In this document: positions 17,761 through 28,833 of the stretch, piece by piece
Position numbering within the stretch: position 1 is the first letter of the stretch
Layout: each line of letters begins with the position of its first letter
Assembly: GCA_035308265.1 (NCBI GenBank)
Contig: DATGHB010000403.1
Location: 1-59,046, forward strand
DNA from: Roseiarcus sp.
GTDB lineage: Bacteria; Pseudomonadota; Alphaproteobacteria; Rhizobiales; Beijerinckiaceae
Direction: 5' to 3'
Length of the DNA: 59,046 nucleotides
Translations under genes and position numbers: made by a program
Notes under the pieces: model-generated
Seen by the model: only the letters and a program-made list of their open reading frames with translations
Database searches by the model: none
What the model was told of the DNA's origin: nothing

Positions 17761-18636
17761 ATGAGAATCCGGACCCATCTGCCGTTCGTCTTCACCGCGC
17801 CGACCATGGCGGTCCTCGCGGTTCTGGCGTTCGTGCCGACGATCGACGCGGTCAACATTGCGCTGCAGAACCGTGAGCTCAGCAATCCCGACAGCGTTTA
17901 TGTCGGCTTCGCCAATTTCCGCATGCTGTTCAGCGATCCGCGGTTCCTCAATTCCGTCTGGGTGTCGGTCGAGTGGGAGGTGATCACCGTCGCCGCGACG
18001 ATGGCGGTGGCGATCCCGCTCGCCATTCTCATGTTCGAGGCGACGTCGCCCAGGGCGCGCAACGCGCTCTGCGTGCTGTTCATCGTGCCGGCGCTCCTGC
18101 CGCGCGTCGCGGCGGCGTTCGTCTGGCGCTTCGCCTTCCATCCGCTGTTCGGCCTCGCGGTCTATCCGCTCCGGCTGATCACCGGCCATCCGATCGATCT
18201 CCTCGCCGATCCGCATACCGCGATGGCCACGGTCGCGATCGTCGACGTCTGGCAATGGGGACTGCTGTTTGCGGTGATCATCGTCAAGCTTCTGGAGACG
18301 CTGCCGCGCCAACCGCTCGAGGCGGCGTTGCTCGACCACGCGCGCACCTGGGAGGTCTACGCCTATGTCGCGCTGCCGATGTTGCGGGGCGCGCTCATCA
18401 GCCTCGTCTTCGTCAAGATGGTGGAATCCCTGCGCGCCTTCGATCTCATCTACGTGATGACGCGCGGCGGCCCCGGCATTTCGACCGAGACCCTCGACAT
18501 GTACGCCTTCTCGCAAGGGTTCATTGAATCTGGCCGCATCTCCTACGCGTCGAGCATGGCGGTCCTGATGATGATCGCGACGACGGCGGCGTTCACGATT
18601 CTCTGGCGGCGAGTGCGGCGGTGGCAAGAGGTGTAA
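17761..18636 (+). CDS. Carbohydrate ABC permease (MalF/UgpA-like)
   Basis: YVGFANF, EAALLD (EAA loop) and [13 protein letters not shown] motifs. Confidence 0.92.
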   Translation: MRIRTHLPFVFTAPTMAVLAVLAFVPTIDAVNIALQNRELSNPDSVYVGFANFRMLFSDPRFLNSVWVSVEWEVITVAATMAVAIPLAILMFEATSPRARNALCVLFIVPALLPRVAAAFVWRFAFHPLFGLAVYPLRLITGHPIDLLADPHTAMATVAIVDVWQWGLLFAVIIVKLLETLPRQPLEAALLDHARTWEVYAYVALPMLRGALISLVFVKMVESLRAFDLIYVMTRGGPGISTETLDMYAFSQGFIESGRISYASSMAVLMMIATTAAFTILWRRVRRWQEV

Positions 18637-19442
18637 GCGCGTTCGTCGCCCGCGCGGTCATCGCGGTCGGGGCGGCGTCGGTGGTCGTGCCGCTCCTCTG
18701 GACGCTGTTGAGCGGCTTCAAGAACCGCGTCGACATCGTGACGCCGACGCCGATGCTTTTTTTCCACCCGACACTGGAAAACTTTCTCTATGTGGCCGAG
18801 CGCGAGAGCGTGAGAACAGGTCTTTTGAACTCGATCATCATCTCCGGATGTTCGGTGCTGATCGGCGCGGCGCTTGGCCTCCCCTGCGCCTACGCCGTCG
18901 CCCGATATCCGATGCGCTTCGCCCACGACATTCAGTTTTTCGTGCTGTCCCTGCGGTTCCTGCCGCCGGTCGCCATCGCCATTCCGCTTATTGTCATCTG
19001 GCTCGACGTCGGCCTCTACGACACCCGTGTCGCGCTGGTTGTCACCTACAGCCTCCTGACGCTCGCGACCACGATCTGGCTCGCGATCCCCGCGTTCAAG
19101 CGCGTGCCGGCGGAAATCGAGGAGGCGGCCTTCGTCGACGGCTACGGGCCTTACGCGATCTTCTTCCTCATCGCGCTGCCGGTCGCCTGGAAATCGCTGA
19201 TTGGAGCGGTGGTGTTTTCCTTTGTCCTGGTGTGGAACGAGTTCCTCATCGCGCTGATGCTGACAACTTCCGACGCCAAGACCCTCCCGGTCGTCGCTTC
19301 CGAGATGACCCAGCTGGGCCGGGACGTGCCCTGGGGCATACTCAACGCCTCGGTCATTCTTCTCTCGCTGCCGCCGCTTCTGTTCCTCGGCGTGCTAAGC
19401 AGGTTTCTGAGCTCGGCGTTGAAAACCAGGAATCAAGGATAA
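18621..19442 (+). CDS. Carbohydrate ABC permease (MalG-like)
   Basis: [14 protein letters not shown] and WNEFLIAL motifs. Confidence 0.92.
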   Translation: MARGVSAFVARAVIAVGAASVVVPLLWTLLSGFKNRVDIVTPTPMLFFHPTLENFLYVAERESVRTGLLNSIIISGCSVLIGAALGLPCAYAVARYPMRFAHDIQFFVLSLRFLPPVAIAIPLIVIWLDVGLYDTRVALVVTYSLLTLATTIWLAIPAFKRVPAEIEEAAFVDGYGPYAIFFLIALPVAWKSLIGAVVFSFVLVWNEFLIALMLTTSDAKTLPVVASEMTQLGRDVPWGILNASVILLSLPPLLFLGVLSRFLSSALKTRNQG

Positions 19443-19447
19443 TCCCC

Positions 19448-20494
19448 ATGCGCGCGCTTGTTCTCGAACGGAAGCGGGTCCTTTCCCTTCGGGATATCGA
19501 CCTGCCGACCGCGCTCGGTCCGGATGACGTCAGGGTCAAGCTGCACACGGTCGGCGTTTGCGGCAGCGACGTCCACTACTACACCCACGGCGGCATCGGC
19601 TCGTACGTCGTCAAAAGCCCGATGGTGCTCGGGCACGAAGCCTCGGGCACGGTGACCGAGCTCGGCGCCAACGTGCGCTCGCTCCAGGTCGGCGACCGGG
19701 TCTGCATGGAGCCGGGGGTGCCGAACTTTCGCTCGAAGGCGACCCGGCTCGGCGTCTATAACGTCGACCCGGAGGTGACGTTCTGGGCGACGCCGCCCGT
19801 TCATGGCTGTCTGACTGGCTCCGTCGTCCATCCAGCCGCCTTCACCTTCAGGCTGCCCGACAATGTCGCCTACGAAGAGGGCGCGATGGTCGAACCCTTC
19901 GCCGTGGGCATGCAGGCGGCGACGCGCGCGCGCATCAAGCCGGGCGACGTCGCCGTCGTGCTCGGCGCGGGGCCGATCGGCATCATGGTGGCCCTCGCTG
20001 CGCTCGCCGGCGGCTGCAGTAAGGTGATCATCAGCGACGTCCATCAGCCGAAGCTCGACATCGCGAGCCGCTATCCGGGGATCATTCCGGTCAACATCGC
20101 CAGGCGCGATCTGGTCGAGGCCGTGAAGGCGGAGACCGGGAATTGGGGCGCCGATATCGTCTTCGACGCCAGCGGCGCGGCGAAGGCGATCGAGGGCGCG
20201 GTCAGTCTCGCCTGTCCGGCCGGCGCGATCGTGCTGGTCGGCATTCCGGTCGATCCGGTCTCCTTCAATATTCCGGGCGCGATCAGCAAGGAGCTGAGGA
20301 TCGAGACGGTCTTCCGCTACGCCAATATGTACGAGCGCGCGCTCAACCTCATTGGCTCCGGCAAGGTCGATCTCAAGCCGCTGATCTCCTCGACTTTCGA
20401 TTTCGAGCGCTCGATCGAGGCCTTCGAGCGCGCCGCCGAGGGGCGTCCGGCCGACGTCAAGCTGCAGATCGACCTGACCAAAGCGACCGCCTGA
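19448..20494 (+). CDS. Zn-dependent polyol dehydrogenase (xylitol dehydrogenase/D-xylulose reductase-like)
   Basis: [32 protein letters not shown] and VFRYAN motifs. Confidence 0.88.
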   Translation: MRALVLERKRVLSLRDIDLPTALGPDDVRVKLHTVGVCGSDVHYYTHGGIGSYVVKSPMVLGHEASGTVTELGANVRSLQVGDRVCMEPGVPNFRSKATRLGVYNVDPEVTFWATPPVHGCLTGSVVHPAAFTFRLPDNVAYEEGAMVEPFAVGMQAATRARIKPGDVAVVLGAGPIGIMVALAALAGGCSKVIISDVHQPKLDIASRYPGIIPVNIARRDLVEAVKAETGNWGADIVFDASGAAKAIEGAVSLACPAGAIVLVGIPVDPVSFNIPGAISKELRIETVFRYANMYERALNLIGSGKVDLKPLISSTFDFERSIEAFERAAEGRPADVKLQIDLTKATA

Positions 20495-20502
20495 TCGCGC
20501 TC

Positions 20503-21591
20503 ATGGCCATACTGTCGTTCCGCAACATCTCCAAGAAATACGGCGAGACGCAGGTCGTCTCCGGCTTCAACCTCGAGGTCATGAACCACGAGTTCATCGT
20601 CTTTCTCGGACCGTCGGGCTGCGGCAAGTCGACGATCCTGCGGATGATTGCAGGGCTCGAGGAGATCACCGGCGGGGAGCTTTCGATTGACGGACGGGTG
20701 GTCAACACGCTTCCGCCGCGCGACCGCAACATTGCGATGGTGTTCCAGAGCTACGCGCTCTATCCGCATATGTCGGTGCGCGAAAACATCGCGTTCGGTC
20801 TGCGCCGGATGAAGATCGGGCCTGACGAGATCGAGCGACGCATCCAGGCCGCAGCCGCCACGCTCGGCCTCGAGGCGTTCCTCGACCGCAAGTCGACGGC
20901 GCTGTCCGGCGGCCAGCAGCAGCGCGTCGCGATCGCTCGCGCCATCGTCAAGACCCCGGGCGTGTTTCTGTTCGACGAACCGCTTTCCAATCTCGACGCC
21001 AAGCTGCGCAACCATATGCGCGTCGAGATCGCCAGATTGCATCAGCGCCTCAAAACGACGACGGTCTATGTCACGCATGACCAGCTTGAGGCGATGACGC
21101 TCGCCGACCGCATCGTCCTTCTGCGCAACGGCCTGATCGAGCAGGTCGGCACGCCGCGTGAAATCTTCGAACGCCCAAATAGCCAGTTCGTCGCCGCCTT
21201 CATCGGCACGCCGGCAATGAACTTCTTTGAGGTCGACGTGAACGGGAGCGGACCCAATGCGCCCGGTCGAAATGCGCCGGCGCTCTACATCGATCGCGAG
21301 CGCTTCGACCTCGACGGCTCGAAGACCGTCGTCGCCGGCGTCCGGCCCGCTCATTTCCGCGCCGCGAGCCTTTCCGACATCGTGAACGTCATCGACGGCG
21401 ACGTCGATCTCATTGAATTCCTCGGCAATGACGCTCTGATCAATTTCAAGTACGCCGGCGTCGAGATCGGCGTCCTTCTGCCGGCGCAACAATGTCCCGC
21501 GGTCGGCGATCACGTGCGGATGACATTTTCGGACGACTGCCTCCACGTCTTCGATAGGGAGACGGGTCGCTCGCTCGCGCGACGGCAATAA
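20503..21591 (+). CDS. ABC transporter ATP-binding protein (MalK/UgpC-like)
   Basis: GPSGCGKST, LSGGQQQRVA and FLFDEPLSNLDAKLR motifs. Confidence 0.95.
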   Translation: MAILSFRNISKKYGETQVVSGFNLEVMNHEFIVFLGPSGCGKSTILRMIAGLEEITGGELSIDGRVVNTLPPRDRNIAMVFQSYALYPHMSVRENIAFGLRRMKIGPDEIERRIQAAAATLGLEAFLDRKSTALSGGQQQRVAIARAIVKTPGVFLFDEPLSNLDAKLRNHMRVEIARLHQRLKTTTVYVTHDQLEAMTLADRIVLLRNGLIEQVGTPREIFERPNSQFVAAFIGTPAMNFFEVDVNGSGPNAPGRNAPALYIDRERFDLDGSKTVVAGVRPAHFRAASLSDIVNVIDGDVDLIEFLGNDALINFKYAGVEIGVLLPAQQCPAVGDHVRMTFSDDCLHVFDRETGRSLARRQ

Positions 21592-21602
21592 GGGGATGAG
21601 AC

Positions 21603-22508
21603 ATGGCGCGGAGGAAAAGCGCGGCCCGACGGCCGGATTTTGAATCGATTGTCACCGACCCGTCGCAATCGTTCAAATGGCATCAGCACGATTGTCCAAG
21701 CAACATCGCCCGCTGGAATTATCATCCCGAATATGAAATTCACCTCATCACCCGCTCGCACGGGCGCCAGTTCGTCGGCGATCATATCGGCGAGTTCGGC
21801 CCGGGCAATCTCGTCCTCGCCGGCTCCAATCTGCCTCACAACTGGATCAGCGATCTCAAGCCCGGCGAGGTGATCGAAGGGCGGGACATCGTGATTCAGT
21901 TCGCTCCCGGGCTGTTGCGCTCGCGGGCCGTCTTTCCCGAACTCGCTGGTCTTGAGCCGTTCCTGACCGACGCCCTGAGAGGCTTCGAGTTCTTCGGCGA
22001 CGCAGCGCGGCGAGGCGCCGATCTCATGGGGCGTATCGGCGCGGCGCGCGGATTTCAGCGGCTTGCGCTGTTTCTCGAGCTCATCGATTTGCTTGCTCGC
22101 ACGCCCGAGAAGAAGATCCTTGCTTCCCCCGACTATGTCCCGACCCTCGATAGGGAGACGCTCGGCGTCGTGCATGACGTCATTTCGTATATCGTCAACA
22201 ATCTCTCGGGGACGGTCAGAATGTCGGAGGCGGCCGCGATCGCCGGCATGACGCAATCGGCCTTTTCCCGCTTCTTCAAGAAAAACACCGGCGCCAATTT
22301 CGTCGACTATTCGCGAAAACTGCGGATCGGCCGCGCCTGCAAGCTGCTGTCGGACACGGGACGCCCGGTCACCGACATCTGCTTCGAGGTCGGCTACGCC
22401 AATATCTCCAACTTCAACCGCCATTTCCGCAAGGAGCGGGGCCTCACCCCCTCGCAATACAAGCGGCTCGCGAATCTGCGCGCGGCGCCGGTTTCGCTTT
22501 CCGCCTGA
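21603..22508 (+). CDS. AraC-family regulator (MtlR-like)
   Basis: Cupin WNYHPEYEIHLI and C-terminal HTH ICFEVGYANISNFNRHF. Confidence 0.92.
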   Translation: MARRKSAARRPDFESIVTDPSQSFKWHQHDCPSNIARWNYHPEYEIHLITRSHGRQFVGDHIGEFGPGNLVLAGSNLPHNWISDLKPGEVIEGRDIVIQFAPGLLRSRAVFPELAGLEPFLTDALRGFEFFGDAARRGADLMGRIGAARGFQRLALFLELIDLLARTPEKKILASPDYVPTLDRETLGVVHDVISYIVNNLSGTVRMSEAAAIAGMTQSAFSRFFKKNTGANFVDYSRKLRIGRACKLLSDTGRPVTDICFEVGYANISNFNRHFRKERGLTPSQYKRLANLRAAPVSLSA

Positions 22509-22560
22509 GCATACTTTTCGCGAAAAACCGACTGCTGCTTTTTCGCGAGCCGCGCTCCAA
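22507..22560. repeat. About 55-bp palindromic intergenic repeat, family 2
   Basis: GAGCATACTTTTCGCGAAAAACCGACTGCTGCTTTTTCGCGAGCCGCGCTC, related to 28740-28792 (inverted) and 50983-51032. Confidence 0.65.
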
Positions 22561-22593
22561 CGGGTCGGTTCCGGCGCAGGGCTCCGCCGTTCG

Positions 22594-22887
22594 TCAGAGA
22601 TGTCCGGCGGACTCGTCCAGCGGGGTGTAGAGCCCTTGCGCCTCAGCCGCGGGCCCGCGGCGCTCGCCGAGCGCCTCGACCCTCACCGCCACCCATTTCG
22701 GGCCTTGCGCGAAGGTCAGAACGTCGCCGCAGCGCACAGCGCGGCTCGGCTTGTCGACGGGATGCCGCGCTGGCCCACGCTGAAGCCGGACACCACCTTC
22801 CTCGACCACGCGCGCAGCAAGGCTTCTGGTCTTGAAAAAGCGCGCGCGCCAGAGCCAGAGGTCGATCCGGCAGGCGTCGTCGGTCAC
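22594..22887 (-). CDS. RNA-binding S4 domain protein (Hsp15/HslR-like)
   Basis: RIDLWLWRARFFKTRSLAA...ERRGPAAEAQGLY. GTG start overlaps the helicase stop. Confidence 0.9.
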   Translation of the reverse strand: MTDDACRIDLWLWRARFFKTRSLAARVVEEGGVRLQRGPARHPVDKPSRAVRCGDVLTFAQGPKWVAVRVEALGERRGPAAEAQGLYTPLDESAGHL

Positions 22888-25460
22888 GAAGCGGCGCGTC
22901 CGGTCGCGGCGCGGCGCCGCCGAGCCCTGGCGCGCCTGGCCCGCCGCAGGGCGGTGGAGTTTGGCCTTTTGAGCGCGGCGAGCGCGGCGAACGGGGTCGC
23001 GGCGGGGGCGGCCCTGGGCGCGGGCTCGTCCGGCGCGGCGCGGCGCCGGCGAAACACCGCGCGCGTCCCGCCTTCGCCGTCGCGCACGCGCACGAAGCCG
23101 AGCGCGCGGAGGATGTGATGCGCGTCGTCGCGCCGCCAGCCGAGATCCGCAAGCAGCGCGTCGGTCATGTCGATCGCGCCCGCGCCGTCGGGCCAGGCGG
23201 CGCGCGCAAGCGCGTCGAGCCGCTCGAGCTCGGCGATCGGCGCGGCGAACCGCCCCACGGCGCGCAAGCCGCGTAGCGCAAGCGCTTGTGGAGACGGCGC
23301 CGAACGCGGCAGCGGGTTGAGCGCGCTGGTCTCCGGCCGCCACGCCGGGCTTGCGAGTTCGGCGAACGCGGCGCCGACCAGCCGAGCCTCCGGCGTCATG
23401 AGCGAGGGCAGAAAGAGGGTGAAGGCGCCGAAGCGTACGCCGAGCGCCTTCAAGGTTCGGCGCTCGCTGCGGCTCAAGAGCCTGATCCGCGCATCGGCGC
23501 CGCGCCGGTCCAGCGCGCCGAACTCATCGACGAGCTGATAGGCAAGGCCGCGCGCGAGCCCCTTGAGCCGCCCGTCCTCGATCGCCTCCTTGAGACGTTT
23601 GAGCGCGCCGAGTCGCCAGCTCGCCTCGGCGGCGACGAACGCCTCGAGGCGCCGGGCGGCGCGTTCGCGCTGCGGCTCGGCGCCGAACTCGCCCACCAGG
23701 CGCACGCGCGGCGCGAACGGCTCGCCGCCAGTGATCTCGCCCGCCGGTTCGCCGCGCCACTCGACCACGCCGCCAGACGCAAGCGCGAACGCTTCGTCCT
23801 CCCCGCTCGCCAGCGCGCCCAGCCGGCGCGCGACTTCCGGCGCGACGACCCGCTCGACCGCGCCCCGAAGCGCGCGATTCTCGAGCGCGGTCTCCCCACG
23901 CTCGGGCTCGAAATGGAAGCCCGCAAGCCGCCCGACCAGATGGCCCTCGACCGTCACCGTCCCGTCGGCGTCGATGCCGCCGAGAATCGGGCCTGCGCGC
24001 TGGCTTAAGCTGCGCAACAGCGCGCTGGTGCGCCGGTCGACGAACCGCTGCATCAGGGATTGGTGGAGAGTGTCGGAGAGCCGGTCCTCGAGGTCGCGCG
24101 CGCGGCCCTGCCAGGTCTGCGGATCGGCGAGCCAGTCGGCGCGATTGGCGACATAGGCGAGAGTACGCACCCGGGCGAGCCGCATCGACAGCGCGTCGAT
24201 GTCGCCGTCGGTCCGGTCGAGGCTCATGAACTGGCCCTGCATCCAGTCTTCCGGCAGCCGCCGGTCGCCTTGGGTCAGGTGTTCGAACATGGTCCCGATC
24301 AGGCGCGCGTGCTCGTCCTGCGTGGTCTTGCGGAAATCCGGGGTCTGGCAGACTTCCCAAAGCCGCATCAGATTGGACCGGTCGCGGGCGCGGCGGACGA
24401 TCGTCTCATCGGTCGAGAGCTGGCGCAGCGTCGTTTCGTCCTGGGCCTCTTCCGCGAGCCTCAGGCCCGCGGCGGGCGCCGGCGCGGCGAGCGAGCGGAT
24501 GAGCCCCTGAAGCGACTGGAAATCGAGCCGGGCGTTGCGCCATTCCGCGGCCGGGACGGATGGAAAGACATGGCCCTCGACGGCGGCGACCACATCCGGG
24601 TCGATGTCGGGCGCATCTCCGGTCACGCCGAACGCGCCGTCCTTGCGAAAGCGGCCGGCGCGCCCGGCGATCTGGGCGATCTCCTGGGAATGGAGGGAGC
24701 GCAGGCGCCGCCCGTCGAACTTGCGAAGCCCGGCGAAGGCGACATGGTCGACGTCCATGTTCAGCCCCATCCCGATCGCATCGGTCGCGACCAGGAAATC
24801 GACTTCGCCGGACTGGAACAGGGCGACCTGCGCGTTACGGGTGCGGGGGCTGAGCGAGCCCATGACCACGGCCGCGCCACCGCGCTGGCGGCGGATGAGC
24901 TCGGCGATGGCGTAAACCGCATCGGCCGAGAAGGCGACGATGGCGCTGCGCCGGGGCAGGCGAGTCACCTTCCTGGCCCCGGCGTAGGTGAGTTCGGACA
25001 GGCGTTCGCGGAACTGGATCTCGGCCTCGGGGCAGAGCTGACGAATGAGCGGGGCGACGGTCGTCGCCCCCATCAGCATCGTCTCGGAAGAGCCCCGCGC
25101 ATGGAGCAGCCGGTGGGTGAACACGTGGCCGCGTTCAGGGTCGGCGCAAAGCTGGATTTCGTCGACGGCGAGAAATTCGACCCTGCGGTCGAGCGGCATC
25201 GCCTCGACCGTCGAGACGAAATAGCGGGGCCTCAAGGGAACGATCTTTTCCTCGCCGGTGATCAGCGCGACCTCGGCTAAGCCCCGCGCCTTGACCACCC
25301 GGTCGTAGATCTCGCGCGCGAGCAGCCTCAAGGGCAGGCCGATCATGCCCGAGGCGTGCCCCAGCATGCGCTCGACCGCCAGATGCGTCTTGCCCGTATT
25401 GGTCGGACCCAGAACGGCGATGAGCCGCGAGGCAGGCCGTGAGGCCAGCGAGCGATTCAT
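22884..25460 (-). CDS. SUV3/MgpS-like ATP-dependent helicase
   Basis: LGPTNTGKT, VDEIQ, VATDAIGMGLN and QIAGRAGR motifs. Confidence 0.93.
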   Translation of the reverse strand: MNRSLASRPASRLIAVLGPTNTGKTHLAVERMLGHASGMIGLPLRLLAREIYDRVVKARGLAEVALITGEEKIVPLRPRYFVSTVEAMPLDRRVEFLAVDEIQLCADPERGHVFTHRLLHARGSSETMLMGATTVAPLIRQLCPEAEIQFRERLSELTYAGARKVTRLPRRSAIVAFSADAVYAIAELIRRQRGGAAVVMGSLSPRTRNAQVALFQSGEVDFLVATDAIGMGLNMDVDHVAFAGLRKFDGRRLRSLHSQEIAQIAGRAGRFRKDGAFGVTGDAPDIDPDVVAAVEGHVFPSVPAAEWRNARLDFQSLQGLIRSLAAPAPAAGLRLAEEAQDETTLRQLSTDETIVRRARDRSNLMRLWEVCQTPDFRKTTQDEHARLIGTMFEHLTQGDRRLPEDWMQGQFMSLDRTDGDIDALSMRLARVRTLAYVANRADWLADPQTWQGRARDLEDRLSDTLHQSLMQRFVDRRTSALLRSLSQRAGPILGGIDADGTVTVEGHLVGRLAGFHFEPERGETALENRALRGAVERVVAPEVARRLGALASGEDEAFALASGGVVEWRGEPAGEITGGEPFAPRVRLVGEFGAEPQRERAARRLEAFVAAEASWRLGALKRLKEAIEDGRLKGLARGLAYQLVDEFGALDRRGADARIRLLSRSERRTLKALGVRFGAFTLFLPSLMTPEARLVGAAFAELASPAWRPETSALNPLPRSAPSPQALALRGLRAVGRFAAPIAELERLDALARAAWPDGAGAIDMTDALLADLGWRRDDAHHILRALGFVRVRDGEGGTRAVFRRRRAAPDEPAPRAAPAATPFAALAALKRPNSTALRRARRARARRRRAATGRAAS

Positions 25461-25600
25461 GAAGGCTAATGTGGACGACGCCGGCGCGCGCCGCAAGCTC
25501 CGAAAGCTCGGGCGCGGCCTGCCTTTGCCGCTTGCCCTTGCGCGCCGAAGGCGCCAACCTTGAGCAAAGGGCCAACCAACGGACTGAGGGGGAACCGCTC

Positions 25601-26542
25601 ATGCACTACGGACAAATCGAAGGAACGGACTTCGTCGCCCTCGACCAGCGCTTTTCCGGGCTTTTCACCGGCTACATGCGGGTCACGCGCCACTGGACCG
25701 GCTCGATCTGGGCGGAAGGCCCGGCCTGGTTCGCGGCGGGCCGCTATCTCATCTGGTCGGACATCCCCAACAACCGCATGCTGCGCTTCGTCGAGGAATC
25801 GGGCCAGGTGTCGGTTTTCCGCCAGGCCTCCAACAATTCGAACGGCAACACGGTCGACAACCAGGGGCGCCTCGTCACCTGCGAGCATCTCACCCGCCGG
25901 GTGACCCGCACCGAGTTCGACGGCTCGGTCGCCGTCCTTGCCGACAAATGGGAGGGCAAGCGGTTCAACTCTCCGAACGACGCGGTGGTGAAATCGGACG
26001 ACTCGATCTGGTTCACCGACCCGGCCTACGGTATCGACGGCGACAACGAGGGGGAGCCGGCGAAGCCCGAGATCGACGGCTGCCACGTCTATCGGATCGA
26101 CCCGAAGGGCGGCGCCGTCACCCGGGTCATCCACAACATGGCGCGGCCGAACGGGATCGCGTTTTCTCCGGACGAGAAGTTCATCTACGTGGCCGACACC
26201 GGCGCGACGCATGACGAGAAGGTTCCGCGGGCGATCCGCCGCTACGCCGTCAACCCGGACGGCAAGGGCGTGAAGGGGGCTGGCGAAATCTTCTGCGAAC
26301 TGGCGCCGCAGGACGGATTGTACGACGGCTTCCGCGTCGACCGGTCCGGCCGCGTCTGGACCAGCACCGGCAAGGGCGTCTACTGCTACGAGCCGGACGG
26401 AAAGCTGATCGGCAAGATCCTGATTCCCGAGATCGTGGCCAACGTGACCTTCGGCGGGCCCAAACGCAACCGCCTCTACATCTGCGGCACGACTTCGCTC
26501 TATTCGGTCCTGCTCATGACCAACGGGTCGAAGCTCGGCTGA
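25601..26542 (+). CDS. SMP-30/gluconolactonase family protein
   Basis: WAEGPAW, WSDIPNNR, FNSPND, PNGIAFSPDE and DGFRVD motifs. Confidence 0.92.
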   Translation: MHYGQIEGTDFVALDQRFSGLFTGYMRVTRHWTGSIWAEGPAWFAAGRYLIWSDIPNNRMLRFVEESGQVSVFRQASNNSNGNTVDNQGRLVTCEHLTRRVTRTEFDGSVAVLADKWEGKRFNSPNDAVVKSDDSIWFTDPAYGIDGDNEGEPAKPEIDGCHVYRIDPKGGAVTRVIHNMARPNGIAFSPDEKFIYVADTGATHDEKVPRAIRRYAVNPDGKGVKGAGEIFCELAPQDGLYDGFRVDRSGRVWTSTGKGVYCYEPDGKLIGKILIPEIVANVTFGGPKRNRLYICGTTSLYSVLLMTNGSKLG

Positions 26543-26590
26543 GCGGCGGCGGCGCTCGCCAAGGATTCGATAACGGGCGCACGCGGTCTC

Positions 26591-27883
26591 TCAGGTCCGC
26601 ACCTGCCCGTCGCCGCGCACGCGATACTTGAAGGTGCAGAGTTGCTCGAGGCCAACGGGACCGCGCGCGTGCATGCGCCCGGTCGCGATGCCGATCTCGG
26701 CGCCGAAGCCGAACTCGCCCCCGTCGGCGAACTGGGTCGAGGCGTTGTGCATCACGATCGCCGAATCGACCTCCTTCAGGAAGCGCTCCGCCGCCGCCTT
26801 GTCCTCGGTCACGATGCAGTCGGTGTGATGCGAGCCGTAGGTCTCGATATGGTCGATCGCCGCATCGAGACTGTCGACGACGCCGACGGCGATGATGGCG
26901 TCGAGATATTCCGTGCGCCAATCCTCCTCGCTCGCCGCCGTGACCCTGGAATCGGCCTCGCGCGCCGCTGCGTCCCCGCGCACGGCGCAACCGGCCCCGA
27001 TCAGCGCGTCGATCAAGGGCGAGAGCAGGAACGGGGCGACGGAACGATGCACCAGCAGCGTCTCGGCCGCGCCGCAGATTCCGGTGCGGCGCATCTTGGC
27101 GTTGACCACGATCCTGAGCGCCTTGTCAAAATCCGCCGCCCGGTCGACATAGACATGCACGACCCCTTCGAGATGGGCGAACACCGGCACCCGCGCCTCG
27201 CGCTGAACCCGCTCGACCAGGCTTTTTCCGCCGCGCGGAACGATGACGTCGAGCGCGCCGCCGAGGCCCTCCAGCATCTCGCCGACCGCCTCGCGGGCGG
27301 CGAAGGGCGCGCGCGAAATCGCCGCCTCCGGCAAGCCGGCCTCCCTCAAGCCCGCGACCAGGCAGGCGTGGATGGCGGCCGACGAGCGAAGAGAGTCGGA
27401 GCCGCCGCGCAGCACGACCGCATTGCCGCTCTTAAGACACAGCGCGCCGGCGTCGGCGGTGACGTTCGGCCGGCTCTCGTAGATGACGCCGACCACTCCG
27501 AGCGGCGTCGCCACCCGCTCGATGATGAGGCCGTTGGGGCGGGTGAAGGTCGCGAGCGCCCGCCCGACCGGATCGGGCAACAGGGCGACCTGTTCGAGTC
27601 CGCGCGCGACCGCCTCGATGCGGGCCGCATCGAGCGCGAGCCGGTCGATCAGCGCCGCGCTCAGGTTCTTGGCCCGGCCTTCCACGCAGTCCAGCCCATT
27701 GGCGGCGAGAATCTCGCCCGTGCGTTCGCGTAAGATTCGCGCGGCCGCGGAAAGCGCGCGGTTCTTCTTCTCCGCCGGCGCGTTGGCGAGCTCGCGCGCG
27801 GCAGCACGCGCCTTCGCGCCGATTTCGCGCATCGCGGCGCGAAGATCGGCGCCCGGCTCAAGGACTTGCACGGCGGCCGACAT
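26591..27883 (-). CDS. proA: Gamma-glutamyl phosphate reductase
   Basis: [29 protein letters not shown] and [22 protein letters not shown] motifs. Confidence 0.96.
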   Translation of the reverse strand: MSAAVQVLEPGADLRAAMREIGAKARAAARELANAPAEKKNRALSAAARILRERTGEILAANGLDCVEGRAKNLSAALIDRLALDAARIEAVARGLEQVALLPDPVGRALATFTRPNGLIIERVATPLGVVGVIYESRPNVTADAGALCLKSGNAVVLRGGSDSLRSSAAIHACLVAGLREAGLPEAAISRAPFAAREAVGEMLEGLGGALDVIVPRGGKSLVERVQREARVPVFAHLEGVVHVYVDRAADFDKALRIVVNAKMRRTGICGAAETLLVHRSVAPFLLSPLIDALIGAGCAVRGDAAAREADSRVTAASEEDWRTEYLDAIIAVGVVDSLDAAIDHIETYGSHHTDCIVTEDKAAAERFLKEVDSAIVMHNASTQFADGGEFGFGAEIGIATGRMHARGPVGLEQLCTFKYRVRGDGQVRT

Positions 27884-27980
27884 GGGACTCCTACTCGCTG
27901 CCATACCCATGACTTAGTAAGCCGATAGAGAAAAGACCATTCCCCAATTATGGCAGTCTGGGGATGGGAAACGGTCCGCT

Positions 27981-28511
27981 TCACCCCTTGGGGCGAAAAG
28001 CCGTGCAGAATTTGGGGTTTGTGTCGAGCCGCGCGCCCCCGATCAGGTCGACGCAATAGGGCACGGCGGCGAACACCGCGTCGAGGCAGGTGCGGATCGC
28101 CGAGGGCTTCCCCGGCAGATTGATGATGAGGCTCGCGCCGCGCGAGCCCGCGACCTGGCGGGACAGAATGGCGGTCGGGACTTCCGCGAGGCTTTTCAGC
28201 CGCATCAGCTCGCCGAAACCGGGCAGCATCCGGTCGCAGACCGCCTCTGTCGCTTCCGGCGTAACGTCGCGCGGCGCGGGGCCGGTTCCCCCCGTGGTGA
28301 GGATGAGCGGGCAGCGCGCCTCATCGGCGAGCGCGATCAGCGCCGCCTCGATCGCTCCCCGTTCGTCGGGCACGAGGCGCCGCTCCGGCCGCCAGGGCGT
28401 CGCCAGAAGCTCCTTGAGGGCCGCCTCGATCCCCGGGCCGCCCTTGTCCTCGTAGACCCCTCGCGAAGCGCGATCGGATATTGTGACGACGCCTATTGGA
28501 ATGTCGGCCAT
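27981..28511 (-). CDS. mog: Molybdopterin adenylyltransferase
   Basis: TISDRASRGVYED, TTGGTGPAPRDVTPEAT and NLPGKP motifs. Confidence 0.93.
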   Translation of the reverse strand: MADIPIGVVTISDRASRGVYEDKGGPGIEAALKELLATPWRPERRLVPDERGAIEAALIALADEARCPLILTTGGTGPAPRDVTPEATEAVCDRMLPGFGELMRLKSLAEVPTAILSRQVAGSRGASLIINLPGKPSAIRTCLDAVFAAVPYCVDLIGGARLDTNPKFCTAFRPKG

Positions 28512-28567
28512 GAGACGCTGAGCCCTGAGCCTTGGAGTAAGTTGTCTTTGGGTAGAATCGGTCGTCA

Positions 28568-28702
28568 TTGGCGCCCCCGCCCCCCTTGTGGGGCGGGAAG
28601 GGGTGGGGGTCGCGCGGACGAGGGAGGTTATCGTAAGGGTCGCCGTCGCGCGTCTCGTAGGACAGCGCGACCCCCTCCTTTGTCCTCCCCCACAGAAGGA
28701 GA
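28568..28702 (+). repeat. About 135-bp REP-like inverted-repeat element, family 1
   Basis: Arms CCCCCTTGTGGGGCGGGAAGGGGTGGGGGTCGCGC and GCGCGACCCCCTCC...CCTCCCCCACA. Homologous to 32237-32378 and 56412-56558. Confidence 0.8.
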
Positions 28703-28739
28703 CGCGACAGGACCATCTATGCGCAAACTCAGCGGCTTC

Positions 28740-28792
28740 TTAGAACGCGCTGCGAAAAAGTGGAACCCGGTTTTTCGCGAAAAAGCGCGCGA
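28740..28792. repeat. About 55-bp palindromic intergenic repeat, family 2
   Basis: TAGAACGCGCTGCGAAAAAGTGGAACCCGGTTTTTCGCGAAAAAGCGCGCG. Confidence 0.65.
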
Positions 28793-28833
28793 AATCAAGG
28801 AAGCTGGCGCCGCAGCGCGGCTTGGCCAGCGCA

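Noticed and set aside
25601-26542. Lactonase as part of the apionate pathway
   Set aside because: It is 9 kb away, separated by unrelated genes, and has no copy of the GntR operator upstream.
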